Positions 56,822-64,000 of a DNA stretch of 64,000 bases are shown here, piece after piece. Numbering within the stretch: the stretch's first letter is position 1; each line of letters opens with the position of its first letter. The DNA lies in contig CAIYIS010000061.1 in NCBI GenBank assembly GCA_903926385.1, positions 14,864 to 78,863 of the forward strand, read 5' to 3'. Origin of the DNA: an uncultured Bacteroidota bacterium. GTDB taxonomy: Bacteria > Bacteroidota > Bacteroidia > 2-12-FULL-35-15. The notes beneath the pieces were generated by a model. It saw nothing but the letters and a program-made list of their open reading frames with translations, did not search any database and was not told the DNA's origin. Position numbers and translations under genes: made by a program.

Positions 56822-57733
56822 CTAACCCAAAGAACCTAACAACCCCTTTAACTCCTCACTTTTATCCGGATATCCAAGCTTTTCGTACGAAGCAATAAGG
56901 TTACGAAGCAAGCGTTTGATAATTTCTAAATTAGAACAAGGCTCATAATATTTGGCCAACGGTGGCAACTTAAGTTGCATCAAAAATGCATCCACCTCTT
57001 TTTGCCCAAACACCGCTCCTTTGCTGAACGGGTTGATGTAAAACAATACATTACTGCCTTCGTTTCCTTTGGTAGTAGGTATTCCCATCACTTCCACATC
57101 CACATAACAAAGTATAAAATGTTCCGGAAGGTTAACCCCGTAAATAGGAATTTCCAAACTTTGAGCCACTATGGTGTAAATTATAGAAAGCAGCAGAGGG
57201 TTTCCTTTTTTGCTTTCTAATACATTATTTATATATGAGTTTTGCGGAGCGTGATAATTGGTAGTATTTCCGCTAAAATTATGCACATCAAAAATTATAT
57301 GATTGATAATTTTTATTTTTTCGAGAGCCGTTAAATAATCATTCAGTTCCAGCCACACATCTTGTTTTATCTGGGCTATCTGTTTATGAATTTTCGGAAT
57401 ATCCACATCGGGATACTGATAGCGGGCAATGAGCAGAGCCCCTTCGAGCAAATCCTGATTTTCGGGTTCAGCCCAGTGTTTCAGTTCGTCTTTTATAATA
57501 TCGAATTGTATCTGATGAATGATGTTTTCAATTCGGTTTTGAATTAACGTGTCGAACGAATGCTCCCAAGCATCCTCGAGCACCGGAATCACATTTTCTC
57601 CTAAAGAGAGGAATTTCATACTCACGTGCTGAAACACGGATTCATCCGGGTCGTCCAATAGAGATATGAGAGCAAAGATTTCCTTTTTGTTCATCGAGTA
57701 GTTATTTCGAGGACAAATGTAGGAGCCTGCCAA
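56822..57733 (-). CDS. Transglutaminase-like (SirB1/Transglut_core2) protein
   Basis: NSYINNVLESKKGNPLLLSIIY, GVNLPEHF, YINPF, RLLRNL. Start probably MNKKE. Confidence 0.85.
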   Translation of the reverse strand: MAGSYICPRNNYSMNKKEIFALISLLDDPDESVFQHVSMKFLSLGENVIPVLEDAWEHSFDTLIQNRIENIIHQIQFDIIKDELKHWAEPENQDLLEGALLIARYQYPDVDIPKIHKQIAQIKQDVWLELNDYLTALEKIKIINHIIFDVHNFSGNTTNYHAPQNSYINNVLESKKGNPLLLSIIYTIVAQSLEIPIYGVNLPEHFILCYVDVEVMGIPTTKGNEGSNVLFYINPFSKGAVFGQKEVDAFLMQLKLPPLAKYYEPCSNLEIIKRLLRNLIASYEKLGYPDKSEELKGLLGSLG

Positions 57734-57769
57734 CAGTAAATTACCGAGGGGGGAAAGAAGATTTCAACC

Positions 57770-58645
57770 TTAGGTTGTTAATCTCTTTAATACAAGTTGT
57801 ATTAATTTTTCGATTGCCAGATGATGATTTTGGCTGTATTGTTTAATCACCCTATTGGCAATAATGGCACAAATGGTGCAGGTTTGGTGGCCGAGCAGTC
57901 CGCCCAAACCATAGAGAGCCGAAGTTTCCATTTCGAAGTTGGTAATGCGGTACTCCCCAAAGCTGAAATTTGTTAAATCCTGGTTAAAATCTTCCACCCA
58001 TGGGGAAAGTCTTAGCTTACGCCCCTGAGGGCCGTAAAACCCCGGAGCGGTAGCCGTAACTCCTTTTTTTAGGTCGAAAGCCACTTTGTTAATCAATGTT
58101 TCCGAACCTTTGATGCAATAGGGGTAAGGCAGGTTTTTGTCCCATTTGGTTTGTTCTATAAAAGCAGCCGACAATTCGTTTTCGTTAATTCGGCCCAAAT
58201 CGGCATAATAATTCAACAATCCGTCAAAACCCAACCCGTGAGACGAAACCACAAAACTATCCACCGGTATGTCATGTTGCAGCGCCCCCGAAGTTCCAAT
58301 ACGAACAATATTAAGTGATGTATGTGTGTCCTTAATGATTCTGGTTTTTAAATCGATGTTAACAGCTGCATCCAGCTCGTTTATCAAAATGTCAATATTG
58401 TCGGTACCAATGCCCGATGAAATAACCATGATACGTTTCCCGTTAACCGTACCGGCATGGGTAACAAATTCCCGATTCTGAATTTTTAAATCCACCGTGT
58501 CGAAAAACGATGAAACTACTTCCACCCGTCCCGGGTCGCCCACAATAATTACGTTAGGTGCTATGTTTTCGGGCAATAGTTGCAAATGATACACACTGCC
58601 ATTGGGATTTAATATAAGTTCTGTTTCGGGAATAATGCTATTCAT
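57770..58645 (-). CDS. Nucleoside phosphorylase (uridine phosphorylase-like)
   Basis: VGDPGRV, REF, RIGTSG, GFYGPQGR, NFEMETS. Confidence 0.92.
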   Translation of the reverse strand: MNSIIPETELILNPNGSVYHLQLLPENIAPNVIIVGDPGRVEVVSSFFDTVDLKIQNREFVTHAGTVNGKRIMVISSGIGTDNIDILINELDAAVNIDLKTRIIKDTHTSLNIVRIGTSGALQHDIPVDSFVVSSHGLGFDGLLNYYADLGRINENELSAAFIEQTKWDKNLPYPYCIKGSETLINKVAFDLKKGVTATAPGFYGPQGRKLRLSPWVEDFNQDLTNFSFGEYRITNFEMETSALYGLGGLLGHQTCTICAIIANRVIKQYSQNHHLAIEKLIQLVLKRLTT

Positions 58646-58806
58646 AATCGTTTTTATTTTTATTTTACCTAATTATAGTTTGCAAAGAGAATTGTTTTTT
58701 TATTACGTTTGTATCCACAAAATATACGAAAAGTTAAACTCTTCGGAAATGGCGTAAAAAAATATACCTATTTCGCTTTAAAAGGCTTCAAAAGTATTTA
58801 AAATAT

Positions 58807-59697
58807 ATGATTCAAGCATCAAATAATAAATTTTTAGTCCCAATAGACTTTACTGAACAATCCGTTACCGCTTTAAAGCAGGCTTATGTTTTGGCGCAAA
58901 AATATGGTGCTTCCATAACCTTACTTCATGTGGTGGAGGACAGAGGTTCAATTGCCAAAATATTTTCAGATAATCAACATCAAGAATTAAAAATAGCCAT
59001 ACTGAAAGATTTGGAGAAATTAACTGAGGGATTGGATAAAAAGGGGAATATTGCCATGAATGCTATGGTGGTTAGGGGAAGTGTTTATGAAAAAGTGACA
59101 GAATTTGCCGATTCTACAGGTGCTACCATGATAGTAATGGGTACCAATGGCGATTCGAATATCAAAAAACGATTTATCGGTTCTAATGCTTTAAGGGTAG
59201 TAAGAGAATCAAAGATTCCGGTTATCACCATAAAGGGCAAAAAGATTCAGAACGAAATAAGAAACATTGTTCTACCTCTTGACTTATCAAAAGAGACAAA
59301 AGAAAAACTGAGCGTTTCGCTGGAATTGTCAAGATTGTTTGAAAATGCTGTTATACGTGTAGTTTCTGTTGTTTTTACTACGGATGAGTTTGTGGTAAAT
59401 CGACTAACTCGCCAATTAGGACAGGTAAAAGCTCTTTTAGAAAAAGAGGGTGTTGAATGTTCGGCCGAAATTGTAAAAGGCACAAAAGGTGAAGACTCTT
59501 TGGCGGAAAATATTTTAGAATATGCGGATAAAGTGGATGGAGATATAATTATGATAATGACTCAGCAGGAACTCGATTTTACTAAGTATTTTGTTGGTTC
59601 GTCTGCTCAGGAAATCATTAACCAATCCAATATTCCAGTATTCAGCATTCGCCCGGTTTTTCGTAAAGATAACGTGCCATCATTTAAATCAAATTAG
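58807..59697 (+). CDS. Universal stress protein (tandem USP domains)
   Basis: LVPIDF, IVMGTNG, FIGSNA..VVR; second domain VLPLD...VGSSAQEII. Confidence 0.92.
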   Translation: MIQASNNKFLVPIDFTEQSVTALKQAYVLAQKYGASITLLHVVEDRGSIAKIFSDNQHQELKIAILKDLEKLTEGLDKKGNIAMNAMVVRGSVYEKVTEFADSTGATMIVMGTNGDSNIKKRFIGSNALRVVRESKIPVITIKGKKIQNEIRNIVLPLDLSKETKEKLSVSLELSRLFENAVIRVVSVVFTTDEFVVNRLTRQLGQVKALLEKEGVECSAEIVKGTKGEDSLAENILEYADKVDGDIIMIMTQQELDFTKYFVGSSAQEIINQSNIPVFSIRPVFRKDNVPSFKSN

Positions 59698-59747
59698 ATT
59701 ACAAGTCAATTAATACAATAATTTCATTACTTTAAAAAAATAAAATT

Positions 59748-60635
59748 ATGAAACCATTTAAAATTCAAAAAATTCTGATTCCGATCGATTTTTCGGAAAC
59801 ATCGTTATTAGCTATCGAACATGCTGCATTTGCAGCCGAATTGTATAAAGCCGAGTTGGTGCTTGTGCATGTGGTTGAAAAATACTGGGAAAATTTCTCC
59901 ATCATCACACCCGAAATTCAGGTGGCGGTGCCCGATGATTTTATGAATACAATTGAAAATAAACTGGAAGAAGTTGCTAACGGAATTCGTTCGAAATTTG
60001 GTGTAAAATCGGAATGTATCACCGCAAGCGGAAATATTTTTACTGAAATAATGAGTATTTCGAAGGAAAAAGAAATAGATTTAATTGTAATGGGAACACA
60101 TGGTGTTTCCGGTTTTACTGAGTTTTTTGTAGGTAGCAATACTTATAAAGTTATAAGTCAGGCAAAATGTCCGGTTTTGTCAGTTCAGGTAGCCACCAAT
60201 CAACATGGGTATAAAGATATTCTTCTTCCTATAGATAATTCCATCCATTCTCGTCAAAAAGTAAATCACGCAATTGTACTTGCAAAACAATTCGCTTCAA
60301 AAGTACATGTGCTTGGTTTGGCCGATACAGATGCTGAAGATGCAGATATTCGAATATTGGATATGAAACTTGATCAGATTATGGATTATGTAAAAAAATG
60401 CGATATTTTATGTGATAAAAAAATTATTAGAGGTTCAAATGAGGCAAAAGTAACACTTGAATATGCAAAAGCAAACTCAGTAGATTTAATCGTTATCATG
60501 ACTGATCAGGATGAAAGTATCACCGGAAGATTATTGGGTACCTACGCTCAGCAAATCGTGAATCATTCTAAAATTCCTGTGATGAGTATTCAGCCGGTAG
60601 AAGGCATTGTGAATGCCTGGGTGAATCCGTATTAA
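59748..60635 (+). CDS. Universal stress protein (tandem USP domains)
   Basis: ILIPIDFS, DLIVMGTHG, FVGSNT, LGTYAQQIVN. Confidence 0.92.
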   Translation: MKPFKIQKILIPIDFSETSLLAIEHAAFAAELYKAELVLVHVVEKYWENFSIITPEIQVAVPDDFMNTIENKLEEVANGIRSKFGVKSECITASGNIFTEIMSISKEKEIDLIVMGTHGVSGFTEFFVGSNTYKVISQAKCPVLSVQVATNQHGYKDILLPIDNSIHSRQKVNHAIVLAKQFASKVHVLGLADTDAEDADIRILDMKLDQIMDYVKKCDILCDKKIIRGSNEAKVTLEYAKANSVDLIVIMTDQDESITGRLLGTYAQQIVNHSKIPVMSIQPVEGIVNAWVNPY

Positions 60636-60665
60636 ACAAATTATATTACTTATTTGTGTAAACAG

Positions 60666-60690
60666 AAAAGGCGACATTATGTCGCCTTTT
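60666..60690. terminator. Bidirectional intrinsic terminator
   Basis: aaaaggcgaca-tta-tgtcgcctttt between convergent genes. Confidence 0.85.
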
Positions 60691-60740
60691 TGTGTTTGTG
60701 AAATTCGGTATTTAAAATATTTCCTGAAAAATCTAAAGAA

Positions 60741-61535
60741 CTATTGATGTAGCAAACTTCCAAAAACATTTTGCAACACATCGGTAACCTGAGCAGCCGG
60801 ATTGCTTCTTATTTTTATTTCTTCATCAGCTATAAGTTTAAATAGTCCTGATAAAGCTCTATCGGTAACATACCCGGTTAAATTCGGATTTTGAGGTTCC
60901 ACAAACGGAATACGATTGTATGTAGAAATAATCGGACTCCAGTATTTGGTGATGTCCACTTTATCAAGTGCAGCCTGAACAATGGGAGTGAAATTGTTTT
61001 TTAATTCAGCCGTTGTTCTCGATTTTAAGAATTCGGTAGCTGCATTATTGGAACCATTCAGAATAGAAAATCCATCTGAAATACTCATACCTTTTATTGC
61101 ATTTACAAACACAGGAGCAGCATTGGTAGCCGCTTCCTCAGCCGCACGGTTTAAGGTCATCACAAATTTGTCGGTCTGCTCTTGAAATCCTAATGCATCC
61201 ACTTTGTCTTTTACCATCTGCGCCTCGGGAGGAAACGGAATAAATATAGAAGGGTTTTTATAAAATCCGTCTAGCTTAGAAGCTAATGCACTCGAATTAG
61301 TAGTTCCTAAAGTCAATGCATCTTTTAATCCTTGTACTACATCGGTATTGGTAAGTAACCCTCTTTTTCCTGAGCTACAGTTGGTGGTTGTACCAGAAGA
61401 AGGTTTCACTGCTGCCGGAGATTTTTGAGCTCCTGTTGCATTCTGTCCTGTTTTTATACGACTCAATTTTACCTGACTTAAACTGCTGGTAATGGTTGCA
61501 ACTACCATTACAATAATTAATGTTGTTTTTTTCAT
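60741..61535 (-). CDS. DUF4197 family exported protein
   Basis: GLKDAL, DGF, LNRAAE.A, AATEFL, ALSGLF..IADEE.KIR.NP. Confidence 0.88.
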   Translation of the reverse strand: MKKTTLIIVMVVATITSSLSQVKLSRIKTGQNATGAQKSPAAVKPSSGTTTNCSSGKRGLLTNTDVVQGLKDALTLGTTNSSALASKLDGFYKNPSIFIPFPPEAQMVKDKVDALGFQEQTDKFVMTLNRAAEEAATNAAPVFVNAIKGMSISDGFSILNGSNNAATEFLKSRTTAELKNNFTPIVQAALDKVDITKYWSPIISTYNRIPFVEPQNPNLTGYVTDRALSGLFKLIADEEIKIRSNPAAQVTDVLQNVFGSLLHQ

Positions 61536-61537
61536 TT

Positions 61538-62149
61538 TTATTTTATTTCAAAGTTTAATAATTTTTCATTTTCTATGTATGCTTCCAGCTTGTCTCCTAT
61601 TTGCACCGGGCCAACACCTTCAGGAGTTCCGGTAAAAATCAAATCTCCGGTTTTCAAAGTAATGAATTTGGAAATGTATGAAATCACGGTATCAAACGAA
61701 AAAAGCAAATCGCCTGTATTTCCTTTCTGTACGGTGTTCCCATTAATCGTCAAATGAAAGTTAATGTTTGCAACTTCCTTGAATTTGCTTTTATTTATAA
61801 ACATTCCTAAAGGAGCCGAACCATCAAACGCTTTTGCTTTTTCCCACGGCAATCCTTTCTCTTTACACTTCGCCTGAATATCGCGAGCCGTAAAGTCAAT
61901 TCCTATGCCAATTTCGTCATAATACTTATGGGCAAATTCCGGTTCAATATTTTTACCTGCTTTGCAAATCTTTAAAACCAACTCCGTTTCATAATGAATT
62001 TCTTTCGAAAAATCAGGATAATAAAATGGTTGATTGTCTCTGATAAGCGCAGTGTCGGGCTTAAGAAAAAAAACAGGTTCAGTAGGAACTGCTGCATTCA
62101 TTTCTTTGGCGTGTTCAGCATAATTTCTGCCGATACAAATAATTTTCAT
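61538..62149 (-). CDS. Fumarylacetoacetate hydrolase family protein
   Basis: KIICIGRNY, PVFFLKP, HYETEL, DFTARD, WEKAKAFD, GDLIFTGTPEGVG. Confidence 0.93.
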   Translation of the reverse strand: MKIICIGRNYAEHAKEMNAAVPTEPVFFLKPDTALIRDNQPFYYPDFSKEIHYETELVLKICKAGKNIEPEFAHKYYDEIGIGIDFTARDIQAKCKEKGLPWEKAKAFDGSAPLGMFINKSKFKEVANINFHLTINGNTVQKGNTGDLLFSFDTVISYISKFITLKTGDLIFTGTPEGVGPVQIGDKLEAYIENEKLLNFEIK

Positions 62150-62231
62150 CTGTTAATATTTATGTTTATGAAACATCGAATAAGAGAGAAAGAAATCAGA
62201 ATCGGGAAGATTCTCTGTTTCTCTGAATATA

Positions 62232-63038
62232 CTATTTCTGCATTCGCTCTTTAATCTCTTTCAGAACTTTCTTCGTGAATAACGGAAAGTCTCCATTCAT
62301 CATCCAGGAGAAGTATGAAGGTTCGTCACGTAATACTTGTTCTACCGGTTTGCCTGTGTGTTTACCAAAATTAAATACTTCAACACCTTTGTCGTTAAAG
62401 GTAATTCGTCCAGCCAGGTCAGCATTTTTGTTCAGATTAGTAAAATCGTGAATGGCTTGCATATCGTTTACTATCGGTATACTTTTCTTTCCTTTTTTAT
62501 CTTCAAATTCTTTCCCTGCATAACGCTCCATTTGTGACAAGAAAACTTCGTAAGTAGCTTCAATATCGGCTTCGGCACTGTGAGCATTAATAATATCCTT
62601 GCCGCAATAGAACAGATAGGCTGCTTTTAAAGTTCTTTGTTCCATTTGGTGAAAAATATTCTGAACATCAATAAGTCTTCTGTTTTTAATATCAAAATCC
62701 ACTTCAGCTCTCAAACATTCTTCCACTAAAATGGGCACATCAAATCTGTTGGAGTTATATCCCCCCAAATCGCAATCATCAAGAAAGGTAACTAAACTTT
62801 TGGCAATACTTTTAAAAGTAGGCTCGTTGGCCACATCGCTGTCGCAAATACCATGTATTTCGGAGGCTTGTTTTGGAATTGGTATGGTTGGGTTAATTCG
62901 TTTTGTTTTTACCTCTTTTGTTCCGTCTACTGAGATTTTTAAAATCGAAATTTCTACAATTCTGTCGGTAGCCACATTTACTCCTGTTGTTTCCAAATCG
63001 AAGAAAGCAATGGGGCGGGTTAAGTTTAGTTGAATCAT
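62232..63038 (-). CDS. DEDDh 3'-5' exonuclease (Pol III epsilon-like)
   Basis: FFDLETTG, GYNSNRFD, AHSAEAD; C-terminal FGKH domain. Confidence 0.92.
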   Translation of the reverse strand: MIQLNLTRPIAFFDLETTGVNVATDRIVEISILKISVDGTKEVKTKRINPTIPIPKQASEIHGICDSDVANEPTFKSIAKSLVTFLDDCDLGGYNSNRFDVPILVEECLRAEVDFDIKNRRLIDVQNIFHQMEQRTLKAAYLFYCGKDIINAHSAEADIEATYEVFLSQMERYAGKEFEDKKGKKSIPIVNDMQAIHDFTNLNKNADLAGRITFNDKGVEVFNFGKHTGKPVEQVLRDEPSYFSWMMNGDFPLFTKKVLKEIKERMQK

Positions 63039-64000
63039 TTTTTTAGTGTAAATTTTTTAAATATCTCATCTTCTTCATCCGTTTTTTCGGACACAATAAA
63101 TTCTTTTGTATAAGTTTTGTATCCTTTTGAAGTGATGGTTATTTCATATTTTCCTGGAGTAAGATATGAAATGAATTTTCCGGTCGAATGATTTGGGGTG
63201 TACATTAATGGTTCAATGTCTTTTCCTTTATCAGCAGTATTTATAATGGATACAACGGCATCAATAGTTTTTGCACTGTCGATTGTTCTGACGGTATTTT
63301 GCAGAAGTAATTCACTTCCTGAAATGAATGTGATTTTATAAATATCCAGGTCACCAAATCCTTCAGGTCGCAGGGCAGAAATATAAGCCACTTTATTGTT
63401 TTTAGAGAAAGAAATGCTTCGCTCTTCACCAACAGAGTTTACAGGATATCCAAGATTCACAGGTATGCTCCATGTGTTCTCCTCCTGATTCCATACACTT
63501 TTAAAAAGGTCAAAATCGCCCATTCCATCATGCCCCTGAGAAGAAAAATAAAGTGTAACCCCGTCCGGGGCAATTTCAGGAAAATCTTCTTTATAAGTGG
63601 TGTTTATGTTTTTTCCAAGATTTTGCGCTTTTGCCCATTGCCCGTTTGGTAATTTTCGAGCCATGTATAGGTCCGTTTCACCATATCCACCTTCACGCTT
63701 ACTGGCAAAGAAAATAGTATTTCCATCAGGCGAAATAGAACCGGAAGTCTCGAAATCGGAATTAACATTTGCACAAAGTTTGACAAGTTTTTTAAACATT
63801 TTGTCTTTTTCTTTGGCTTCATAAATATTGCCTAAACTGTCGATTCGGTCTACATAAACTATCATAGAAGTCCCGTCAGGCGAAAGGCTCACAGCCTGTT
63901 CATCGTAACGTGTGTTTATCGGCCCGCCTATATTTACAGGCTTTCCCCATACATCGTTTACTTTTTTTGATATATATATATCAGACGAAAAATAGCCGTC
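63035..64000 (-). CDS. PD40 (WD40-like) repeat protein, 3' part (starts beyond the window)
   Basis: Frame is open to 64000 (DGYFSSDIYISKK...WGKPVNIG); PD40 repeats SISPDGNTIFFASKR, IAPDGVTLYFSS. Confidence 0.88.
   Translation of the reverse strand, partial: DGYFSSDIYISKKVNDVWGKPVNIGGPINTRYDEQAVSLSPDGTSMIVYVDRIDSLGNIYEAKEKDKMFKKLVKLCANVNSDFETSGSISPDGNTIFFASKREGGYGETDLYMARKLPNGQWAKAQNLGKNINTTYKEDFPEIAPDGVTLYFSSQGHDGMGDFDLFKSVWNQEENTWSIPVNLGYPVNSVGEERSISFSKNNKVAYISALRPEGFGDLDIYKITFISGSELLLQNTVRTIDSAKTIDAVVSIINTADKGKDIEPLMYTPNHSTGKFISYLTPGKYEITITSKGYKTYTKEFIVSEKTDEEDEIFKKFTLKK

Overview
64 kb of a low-GC Bacteroidota chromosome. The assignment rests on T9SS C-terminal domains, TAnnTTTG -7 promoter elements and the zapA-rny synteny. 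The housekeeping backbone is metK (partial), gatB, a TPP riboswitch with a TonB receptor, yidC, a PD40/OmpA protein, an AsmA-like protein, aroC, a DEAD-box helicase, hutI-ftcD, truA, an ABC transporter, uvrA, rny, zapA, two USPs, an FAH-family protein and a DEDDh exonuclease. Three accessory patches (about 3-12.6 kb, 25.3-27.5 kb and 46.2-56.7 kb) interrupt it. Four observations stand out. (1) Two dissimilar orphan helical-protein genes (11077-11769 and 50034-50534) share a ~220-nt non-coding leader with ordered conserved blocks, one ending exactly 34 nt before each ATG. (2) Both genes, plus a third orphan helical gene (25293-26264), sit next to tandem arrays of 21/22/42-bp palindrome-bearing repeats. 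(3) A four-gene module (small CxxxC protein, multi-TM protein, one-TM histidine kinase, NarL-type regulator) has four palindromic boxes in its divergent promoter and looks like a candidate signalling system. (4) A REP-like element is embedded in-frame in a signal peptide. No CRISPR-Cas, rRNA, tRNA, transposase or integrase was recognised. All family calls come from motif recognition by eye; no database searches were run.
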